Source: Clostridia bacterium
GTDB lineage: Bacteria > Bacillota > Clostridia > DSM-8532 > SZUA-474
Length of the DNA: 12,055 nt
Direction of reading: 5' to 3'
NCBI GenBank assembly: GCA_003251775.1
Contig: QKEK01000210.1
Coordinates: 1-12,055 of the forward strand
A program made the position numbers and the translations under genes. Within the stretch, counting starts at the first letter, position 1; each line of letters begins with the position of its first letter. This document shows, one piece after another, positions 1-6,662 of the stretch. Below the pieces are notes generated by a model. That model saw only the letters and a list, made by a program, of their open reading frames with translations, made no database searches and was not told where the DNA came from.

Positions 1-2294
1 AAGCAGTAGTTTATAATGTAAATGCAAATATAAATGTAAACGAGGGTACTAATAAAATATGTGGTAAATGTGGTGCTAAGAACAGCGTTTCTAATAGGTT
101 TTGTAATAAATGTGGTAATGAATTAGAGCATTCACCAGCACAGCAAATATATAAGACCTCAAGCTCTTATCAAATAGACGATACAGAGAAAGGGGAAGGC
201 AGAAAAAAAACAAAGCGTATTATGCCAATTATAGCAATATTGCTTGTTGTATGTGTGTTCGTCTTTGTCTATAGAGAAAACATTCTTAGTATTTTTAACA
301 ATAATAATTATGACACTAACATTGAGTATGAAGGTAGTACAAAAGATGTAAGTCTATATACAGAGGATAGTGATATAGAATACAATCCAGTTGCTATGCC
401 TGTTTCAGGAACTAAGGCGTTTGAAATATCTCCAATTGATGGACTTACAATATCGGCAACCGAAAATGCTATGGATAGGGAAAGAAGCTTTAAAGTAAAA
501 CAGCTTGAGGAGAATGAGTTAAAGGGTATCGTAGAACAGCTGCCTACACCCGATATGTTCCCTTTGCTGGCTTTTGACGTAGATTCAGGTATGAAGCTTG
601 AGGAACAATTTCCTGGAGAAATTGAACTTACCTTTGATTTAGATATACTGAACATTTCAGAGGTGTTCAGAGAGGATTTAAAGATAGTAAGATTAGGAGA
701 TACTACGCCTCCTACAGTTGTGCCATCAGTATTGAACGGAAGTAAAATAACTATTCAAACAGAAAAAAATTGTCTGTTTGCAATATGTCTTGGTCTGGCT
801 ATAGGTGGAGCGGTAGTTGCTACATACGACACATTAGAGAAGAATGGATACGTAAATCAAGACAGGGGTATTAAAAAAATTGTGAACTCTGATTTGGCTT
901 TAGAGCCATGGAGCTGGACAGATAGTGTGAAGGGCTATACCGTATATTGGCCTAAGCGTATGCCAGCCGCAAATCCAGATGAGGTGAAGAAGCAAAACGA
1001 TAATATAATAAGCCTGTATAATAAATATGGCTTGCAGGTAGATGTTTCAGGAAGTGTAAATAACATATTAAAGCTACAAAACGGGGATAGTGATCCAAGA
1101 AAAATAGCAGAAAGGCTTAAAGAGCTATATAAGGACGAGGAGTTTAAGAAAACGAGTGCCTTGATAAAAAGTGATAAATGGCAAAAAGAGAATGTATGGC
1201 CATACGCCGTACAAAAAAGCTTAGAGCAACTAAAGCTCGCTGACGAGTACCTGTATACACACAGGGGCTTTAAAAAGCAAAGTAGTACAGACGTATACTT
1301 AATGGATAAGTGGCCAGTGCCAGCAAAAAAGAACGAAGAGATGGGATATAGCAAAAATACATATACCAGAAGACCGTATTTGCATATAAATCTTGAATTT
1401 CAAGGTGTAAACCATAATCCTACTGATTATCAAAAAAATAAATGGTGGTATGATGACCTTTTAATTACTTTCACACATGAGCTTTTTCACGTATCACAGG
1501 TTCGTTATCTAAGTCTCTTATCCATTGATTCAAAGGATTATACATGGTTCTGGGAAGCAACGGCTACTACCTTGCAGGAAGAGGCAGCAGCCTACTACAT
1601 AGATAAACTGACTATAGAGGATAAGGACTACTCAATTGATAGGAATACCCACTTAGGAGAATGTTCAGCTCCTCTGGCTTATTTTACAGGCTATGATGAC
1701 GCCAAGAATTTGCAAAATCAAGGGTATGCATATTCGTATCTAATTGAGTTTTTGAGAGATGAGTATTCTGCTAAAATGAATGTCAAGCCAGAGCAATTCC
1801 TTAATTTAATATTGGAGCGGTTTGCTTCAACAAAGGATGCAATAAAAACACTTAGTGACCAGATTAGTAATAATAAGAGTGCTTTCCGCTATGAGTATGA
1901 AAGATTTTGTAAGCAAAAGGCAGATTTATTTGTCAGTGTACCTGACAAGGGGTTAGGGATACCTAATACTGAATTTAAGCTTAAAAAAGCAAGCCCATAT
2001 GTGGAGGTTATAGCAAAAAGTAGCCCCCTATCAACCAATGCCAAAAAGTTTACTGTGCTTGAAAAGCTGGCTTCAAAGCAGGAGGTTGCCCTTGTTGTGA
2101 GAGCTGATAAGAATACTATTGGCTTTGTTAATGACCTTTCATTAAGAAGGAAGCTTGCAAATGACAAGCTATTTAGTTATATTATTGAGCCAAAGGGATA
2201 TGCAGGACAGTTATTTGATACAAAAATACCATCCGATGAGGTATCCTTTACAAATGAGTACTCTCAGCTATATCTACATGAGATTCATTTTTAA
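1..2294 (+). CDS. 5'-partial membrane-anchored protein: N-terminal C4 zinc ribbon, one TM helix, large extracytoplasmic domain with HExxH(+E) gluzincin-like zinc-metallopeptidase motif
   Basis: Frame 0 (first full codon at nt 3) is open from the window edge through the listed 222..2294 ORF, so the true start lies upstream. Residues ICGKCGAKNSVSNRFCNKCGNEL (nt 57-125) form a C-x2-C-x10-C-x2-C zinc ribbon. A hydrophobic helix IMPIIAILLVVCVFVFVY follows at nt ~219-275. HELFH is at nt 1476-1490, with a possible third ligand Glu 26 residues later in FWEATA. Stop TAA is at 2292-2294. Confidence 0.6.
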   Translation, partial: AVVYNVNANINVNEGTNKICGKCGAKNSVSNRFCNKCGNELEHSPAQQIYKTSSSYQIDDTEKGEGRKKTKRIMPIIAILLVVCVFVFVYRENILSIFNNNNYDTNIEYEGSTKDVSLYTEDSDIEYNPVAMPVSGTKAFEISPIDGLTISATENAMDRERSFKVKQLEENELKGIVEQLPTPDMFPLLAFDVDSGMKLEEQFPGEIELTFDLDILNISEVFREDLKIVRLGDTTPPTVVPSVLNGSKITIQTEKNCLFAICLGLAIGGAVVATYDTLEKNGYVNQDRGIKKIVNSDLALEPWSWTDSVKGYTVYWPKRMPAANPDEVKKQNDNIISLYNKYGLQVDVSGSVNNILKLQNGDSDPRKIAERLKELYKDEEFKKTSALIKSDKWQKENVWPYAVQKSLEQLKLADEYLYTHRGFKKQSSTDVYLMDKWPVPAKKNEEMGYSKNTYTRRPYLHINLEFQGVNHNPTDYQKNKWWYDDLLITFTHELFHVSQVRYLSLLSIDSKDYTWFWEATATTLQEEAAAYYIDKLTIEDKDYSIDRNTHLGECSAPLAYFTGYDDAKNLQNQGYAYSYLIEFLRDEYSAKMNVKPEQFLNLILERFASTKDAIKTLSDQISNNKSAFRYEYERFCKQKADLFVSVPDKGLGIPNTEFKLKKASPYVEVIAKSSPLSTNAKKFTVLEKLASKQEVALVVRADKNTIGFVNDLSLRRKLANDKLFSYIIEPKGYAGQLFDTKIPSDEVSFTNEYSQLYLHEIHF

Positions 2295-2326
2295 AGGAGC
2301 GTTCTGATAGCAAATACTCAGTTTTC

Positions 2327-2557
2327 GTGATGTTTAAGCCTCTGAAGCCTGAGGCAGAAAAACTTCAAATTAGTGAAGGCATGAACAAGCTGAAAATAAC
2401 TAATAAAAAAGGTATTCTTTTTGATAAGGGGCTTGTTGATAAATTTATTATATCCATAATTTGCCCATCTGGAGAGCTATATAAATTAGAAACCAGTAAG
2501 GAGGAAATAGAAATTCCATTGAGCTTTGACCAGTTTTCAATTGATAAGGCACAATAA
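2327..2557 (+). CDS. Hypothetical 76-aa ORF (GTG/ATG start), probably not an independent gene. May be a frameshifted continuation of the upstream ORF.
   Basis: There is no usable SD; AAGGAG lies ~30 nt upstream. The frame is open from nt 2282, overlapping the end of the previous CDS. It is shifted -1 relative to the previous CDS and +1 relative to the next ORF. Confidence 0.2.
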   Translation: MMFKPLKPEAEKLQISEGMNKLKITNKKGILFDKGLVDKFIISIICPSGELYKLETSKEEIEIPLSFDQFSIDKAQ

Positions 2558-2583
2558 AGATTAGGGGTGTTGAAAAATCCACA

Positions 2584-3615
2584 TTGAAATCCGATGAGGA
2601 TGAAAACGCTTTCTATATTTCAGTAAGTGAGGTTACAAATACTGATTCTATGGTGGAGGGTCCTGAAAGTGATAAGGCTAAGATAGTAGTCAATCCTAGA
2701 GTAATTGTAACTGCTGATGCCAAAGAAGCGTTTGTTAAGGAAAAGGTTAATTATACAGTTAATATTCAGAATAAGGATTTTCAGTATATATGGACAATGG
2801 GAGATGGCTTCGAGGTAGATGGAAGCTATAACCTTGAATATATATTTGATTATTCGGGAAGCTATGTAACTAGTGTATCTGTCAGAACTCCGGATGGAAA
2901 GGAAATAGGAACTGATAGCTGGGAAATAGAGATTGTTGAGGAGGTTGCACAAACAGAGGCTGAGGCACAGGAAGAGACAAAACAGGCTGAAGATAGCTTA
3001 CAGTACGGTAAAAAATCAGATGGAAATGACCCGTACAGGAAATATGATGAAGGCTTTGTAAAGTATGATTATTCTCAGCTAGCGTATGATGAAGCCCCAC
3101 GGGAGGTTACATATCATAATATAAAAGCAAATGAGCCAGAGGGGATGCGTATTACCTTCTATGATGAAGGAAATACAAAGCCTTGGCGAATTGAATACCA
3201 AATGAAATACTCTGATAGCCTAAGTAGCTATTTTACTGGATTTGGTGAAACAACCTTTGATGAAGAGGGGCATGTAACCAACAGAGCAAGAAATTCATTT
3301 GATGGAACATATATATGGAATACTTCAACTGACTATTTTACTAATGGTGATATTGAAACTGAGGTTATAGAAAAGAATCACCCTAATGATAGTTCTAAGA
3401 ATTTATATATACAAAAGTATTATAAATATACCAATAAGAATAACAAGCATTACCTGTATTCTGAGTCGCACTATATCAATGGAACATTTGTTAAAGGCTA
3501 TGAGTACACCGAGGACGATTCAGATGGTTATGTATATTTATCAGAGACAAAAACAAGGAATAGTGATGGTGAGCTGACTACGGTTTATACAGACCGAAAT
3601 GGGCAGGCTTATTAA
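2584..3615 (+). CDS. PKD-domain-containing protein with an acidic linker and a Tyr/Asp/Thr-rich YD-repeat-like C-terminal beta domain. Likely the 3' part of a disrupted longer gene.
   Basis: WTMGDGFEVDGSYNLEYIFDYSGSYVTSVSV (nt 2791-2890) matches the PKD consensus WxFGDG…G.Y.V.L.V. The only start is TTG 2584, with no SD and no signal peptide. Its frame is open from nt 2548, overlapping the stop of the previous small ORF. The C-terminus has YD-like patterns (RITFYDEGN, YEYTEDDSDGYVY, TVYTDRNGQAY). Confidence 0.5.
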   Translation: MKSDEDENAFYISVSEVTNTDSMVEGPESDKAKIVVNPRVIVTADAKEAFVKEKVNYTVNIQNKDFQYIWTMGDGFEVDGSYNLEYIFDYSGSYVTSVSVRTPDGKEIGTDSWEIEIVEEVAQTEAEAQEETKQAEDSLQYGKKSDGNDPYRKYDEGFVKYDYSQLAYDEAPREVTYHNIKANEPEGMRITFYDEGNTKPWRIEYQMKYSDSLSSYFTGFGETTFDEEGHVTNRARNSFDGTYIWNTSTDYFTNGDIETEVIEKNHPNDSSKNLYIQKYYKYTNKNNKHYLYSESHYINGTFVKGYEYTEDDSDGYVYLSETKTRNSDGELTTVYTDRNGQAY

Positions 3616-3670
3616 GGAATATAGAAAAAAGGGGATATCAGAGCTACTTATTCACAGAAAATTAATAAAA

Positions 3671-3699
3671 TTGCAATGATAAACTCATTGCACTATATA
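3671..3699 (+). promoter_or_regulatory. Sigma-70-like promoter TTGCAA-17 nt-TATATA for the NfeD-flotillin operon
   Basis: TTGCAA is at 3671-3676 and TATATA at 3694-3699, with a 17-nt spacer. This is ~60 nt upstream of ATG 3759. Confidence 0.4.
3672..3692. promoter_or_regulatory. Perfect 8-5-8 inverted repeat TGCAATGA-taaac-TCATTGCA overlapping the -35 and spacer. Candidate operator.
   Basis: Read directly from the sequence: TGCAATGA at 3672-3679, and its reverse complement TCATTGCA at 3685-3692. Confidence 0.35.
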
Positions 3700-3758
3700 G
3701 AATATTGTGGCAAAATAATAGTAATGATTTTACAGAATTAATATAATAGGAGGTTGGC

Positions 3759-4361
3759 ATGTCCGAGCTGTTTGAAAATGCTGTTACAGGAGTTAACATT
3801 ATACCAACTGTATTGCTGGGCTTAATTATAATATACTGGATTACTGTAATACTGGGGGCATTGGATATTGATTTTTTGGACATTGATTTGGATGGTGCAG
3901 AAAACACAACAGGTCCATTTTATGCAGTACTGGCATTTTTAAATATCGTGGAGCTTCCGCTTATGTTTGTTTTAAGCATGATTATATTAATTTTCTGGAT
4001 TATTGCCATGTTGATGTATTACTTACCTGTCCCTGTAGGTGGTGTTGAAAACGCGATTCTTTTTATTCCTGCATTAATTTTGAGTATGGTTGTTACAAAA
4101 ATTATTACTCAACCAATGAAGAATCTTTTTAGTAATAGCTTCGTAAGAGATAACAGGATTAATCAGGTGGTAGGTCAGTCATGTACACTTATGTGTAATG
4201 TAGAAAATGGGCGACTTGGTCAGGCTAAGGTTAAGGGTGATGGTGCATCAATTGTAATAAATGTCAAGTCCGAAAATGGTGAAGCCTTTCAAAAGAATGA
4301 AATAGCTTGTGTAATCAGTAAGGATTTGGAGAAAAACATATATTATATAAACAAGTATTAA
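3759..4361 (+). CDS. NfeD-like membrane protein (YuaF/YqiJ type): N-terminal multi-TM region plus C-terminal OB-fold-like soluble domain. Flotillin partner.
   Basis: AGGAGG is at 3748-3753, 5 nt before ATG 3759. Hydrophobic segments occur at aa ~14-35, 55-85 and 95-115. The C-terminal ~70 aa (GQSCTLMCNVENGRLGQAKVKGDGASIVINVKSENGEAF…) fits the beta-rich NfeD C-domain pattern. The gene sits immediately upstream of, and coupled to, an SPFH gene, as yuaF-floT and yqiJ-yqiK do. Confidence 0.75.
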   Translation: MSELFENAVTGVNIIPTVLLGLIIIYWITVILGALDIDFLDIDLDGAENTTGPFYAVLAFLNIVELPLMFVLSMIILIFWIIAMLMYYLPVPVGGVENAILFIPALILSMVVTKIITQPMKNLFSNSFVRDNRINQVVGQSCTLMCNVENGRLGQAKVKGDGASIVINVKSENGEAFQKNEIACVISKDLEKNIYYINKY

Positions 4362-4379
4362 TTTTAAGGAGTGGAAAAG

Positions 4380-6479
4380 ATGAGTTACTCAGTACAGTTC
4401 ATGTTGGTTACTATTTTTGCAGCAGTTATAATTATTCTAGGGCTGCTTGCTTTGTTTTCAAGGTTCTATCATAAGGTTGAACAGGGTAAGGTTATTGTAA
4501 GAAATGGGGTTGGAGGCCCTGTAGTGTGCTTTGGTGGTATTTTCGTTGTGCCTATATTACATAGATATGAGGTAATGGATATTTCAGTCAAGCGTGTTGA
4601 GATTGCCAGAGAGGGTAAGGATGGGCTTATTTGTATGGACAATTTGAGGGCAGATATCAGGGTAGCCTTCTTTGTTCGTGTTAATCATACAAGAGAGGAT
4701 GTATTAAAGGTTGCACAGCTACTTGGATGTCAGAAAGCCTCAGATCAGAAAACACTGATGGAATTCTTTGATGCTAAATTCTCAGAGGCTTTGAAAACGG
4801 TTGGTAAAAAGTTTGAGTTTGTTCAGCTTTATACTGAGAGAGAGACGTTTAAGAACGAGATACTGCAAATTATTGGAACTGACTTAAATGGTTACGTTTT
4901 GGATGATGCTGCAATAGATTATCTGGAGCAGACTGATTTGAAGAGCTTGAATAGTAGCAATATTCTTGATGCTGAGGGTATTAAGAAGATAACAGAGCTT
5001 ACGGCAAAGCAGTTAGTATTAGCTAATCAGATTGAGAGAGATAAGGAAAAAATAATCAAGCAACAGGATGTAACTGCTCGAGAGGCTATTTTGGAGCTTG
5101 AAAAGCAAAATGCAGAAGCAGAAGCGAAGCAACAGAGGGAAATATCTAATGTTAATTCAAGAGAAAAGGCAGAAGCAGAGAAGGTAGCACAGGAGGAGCG
5201 TTTAAAGTCAGAGATGGCAAGAGTAAAGACTGATGAAGAGATTGCTATAGCTGAGGAGAATAAGCAAAGGCAGATAATTGTTGCATTAAAAGCAAAGGAA
5301 AGCACAGACGCTGTTGAAACCGAAAGAGTAGATAAAAAAAGGCTTCTTGAAAAGACGGAGAAGGAAAAGCTGGTTGAGCTTGCAATTATAGAAAAAGAAA
5401 AGGCTGTAGAGGTTGAAAAGAAGAACATACAAACCGTTATTCGTGAAAGAGTAGCAGTGGAGAAGGACACAGTTGTAGAAGAGGAAAAAATTAAGGATAC
5501 CCGTGCAATAGCAGAGGCAGAGCGTGTAAAAACTGTTGCAGTCAAAAAGGCACAGGAAGAGGCAGAGAAGAAGCTGATTATAGAGGTCCAAACAGCTGAG
5601 GCATCAAAGCAGGCTTCTGAGAAAATAGCAGAAAAAACAGTTATTGAAGCAGATGCTAAGCTAAAATCCTCACAAAAGGAAGCCGATGCAATAAAGATTT
5701 TAGTGGATGCTAAGGTTATGGATCAAGCAACTAGCGGTATTGCAGAGGCTAGGGTTATTGAAGCAAGAGCCTTAGCACAGGAAAAGGATGGAGCAGCTAA
5801 GGCAAGAGTGCTTGAAATAACATCAGAGGCAGAAGCAAAGGCTATTGAAGTTAAGGCGTTAGCTGAGGTTAAGGGTGAAGAAGCAAAGGTAGGAGTGAAA
5901 GAGAAGGAAGGAACAGTAGAAGCAGAAATTCTTAAGAAGAAATATGTAGCTGAAGCTGAAGGAATAAAGGAGAAGGCTAACAGCATGAAGGCTCTTGATG
6001 AGGCTGGTAGAGGTCATGAAGAGTTTAAGCTGAAGCTAGATAAGGAAAAGGAAATCGAGCTAGCAAATATCAGTATCCAAAGAGAAATAGCAGAAGCACA
6101 GGCATCTGTAATCAGAGAAGCGTTAAAGGCTGCTAAGATTGATATTGTGGGCGGAGAAACAATGTTCTTTGATAAGATTATTGGCTCTATATCACAAGGT
6201 AAGTCGTACGACCGTCTGGTTCAAAACAGTGAGGTATTAGGAGATATTAAGAAGACCTTTATTACAGGTGACCCTGAGTACTTTAAAAAGCAGCTTCAGG
6301 ACTTGATGGGAAGATTTAATATCACATCAGAGGATATAAAGAATCTTTCAATAGCAGGTGCAGTAAATAAAATGATGAAAAACGCTGATGCTGATGAAAA
6401 AACCATGCTGGAAAAGCTTTTAGATACAGTAACCAAGGCAGGCTTAGCAGACCAACCAGCAAAGCTTTTAGATAAGTAA
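4380..6479 (+). CDS. floT: Flotillin-like SPFH/band-7 protein (FloT/YqiK family) with extended Glu/Ala/Lys-rich coiled-coil region
   Basis: AAGGAG is at 4366-4371, 8 nt before ATG 4380. The listed GTG 4371 overlaps the SD, so ATG is preferred. An N-terminal hydrophobic anchor FMLVTIFAAVIIILGLLALF is followed by SPFH-like core motifs (GKVIVRNGVGG…VVPILHRYEVMDISVKRVEI…DNLRADIRVAFFVRV). There are then ~350 aa of EA-repeat coiled coil. The gene lies 18 nt after the NfeD stop. Confidence 0.88.
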   Translation: MSYSVQFMLVTIFAAVIIILGLLALFSRFYHKVEQGKVIVRNGVGGPVVCFGGIFVVPILHRYEVMDISVKRVEIAREGKDGLICMDNLRADIRVAFFVRVNHTREDVLKVAQLLGCQKASDQKTLMEFFDAKFSEALKTVGKKFEFVQLYTERETFKNEILQIIGTDLNGYVLDDAAIDYLEQTDLKSLNSSNILDAEGIKKITELTAKQLVLANQIERDKEKIIKQQDVTAREAILELEKQNAEAEAKQQREISNVNSREKAEAEKVAQEERLKSEMARVKTDEEIAIAEENKQRQIIVALKAKESTDAVETERVDKKRLLEKTEKEKLVELAIIEKEKAVEVEKKNIQTVIRERVAVEKDTVVEEEKIKDTRAIAEAERVKTVAVKKAQEEAEKKLIIEVQTAEASKQASEKIAEKTVIEADAKLKSSQKEADAIKILVDAKVMDQATSGIAEARVIEARALAQEKDGAAKARVLEITSEAEAKAIEVKALAEVKGEEAKVGVKEKEGTVEAEILKKKYVAEAEGIKEKANSMKALDEAGRGHEEFKLKLDKEKEIELANISIQREIAEAQASVIREALKAAKIDIVGGETMFFDKIIGSISQGKSYDRLVQNSEVLGDIKKTFITGDPEYFKKQLQDLMGRFNITSEDIKNLSIAGAVNKMMKNADADEKTMLEKLLDTVTKAGLADQPAKLLDK

Positions 6480-6534
6480 TAGAAATAGGTTGAGAACATA
6501 GCGATGTTTTACATTTTTTATAATCTTAAGCTGA

Positions 6535-6580
6535 AATTAGTGCCGTACATAAAAAGTACGGCACTAATTCAATCAAAAAG
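6535..6580 (+). terminator. 14-bp perfect stem / 7-nt loop hairpin after the flotillin gene. Probable transcription terminator, but the U-tract is weak.
   Basis: AATTAGTGCCGTAC (6535-6548), loop ATAAAAA, GTACGGCACTAATT (6556-6569). It is followed by TCAATCAAAAAG rather than a clean T-run. Confidence 0.45.
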
Positions 6581-6662
6581 ATATAAGCCAACGAGCTCTT
6601 TCTGTATGTACACAAGAACCCTACATTAGTTAATGGTTACTTAGTTAAAAATTAATTGCTAA

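Noticed and set aside
308-2167. Minus-strand ORFs 308-655, 935-1354 and 1889-2167
   Set aside because: They are embedded antisense in ORF1. They are Ser/Leu/Phe-rich as expected from the reverse complement of AT-rich GAA/AAA codons, with no SD or start context.
2620-3577. ORFs 2620-2952(-), 2882-3100(-) and 3386-3577(+) overlapping the PKD ORF
   Set aside because: They are shadow ORFs inside a CDS with a recognisable PKD domain, and they lack RBSs.
3742-3747. Perfect TATAAT hexamer 12 nt upstream of the NfeD ATG
   Set aside because: A transcript starting there would lack the AGGAGG SD at 3748-3753. The TTGCAA-17-TATATA promoter further upstream is better positioned.
3662-3907. Minus-strand 81-aa ORF spanning the NfeD promoter and start
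   Set aside because: It overlaps the strong AGGAGG-ATG start of the NfeD gene and the promoter/operator. It has no RBS of its own.
4371-4373. GTG 4371 as the flotillin start (as in the ORF track)
   Set aside because: It overlaps the AAGGAG SD. ATG 4380, 8 nt downstream of the SD, is the likelier initiation codon.
5027-5986. Long minus-strand ORFs (172, 101 and 87 aa) inside the flotillin gene
   Set aside because: They are Ser/Ala/Phe-rich low-complexity translations of the antisense of the GAA/GCA-rich EA-repeat coding DNA. They have no RBS and are fully embedded in a strongly supported + strand gene.
6571-6662. Promoter for the giant gene
   Set aside because: Several weak -35/-10-like hexamers (ttctgt, tacatt, ttagtt) are present. 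None has convincing spacing, so no call was made.
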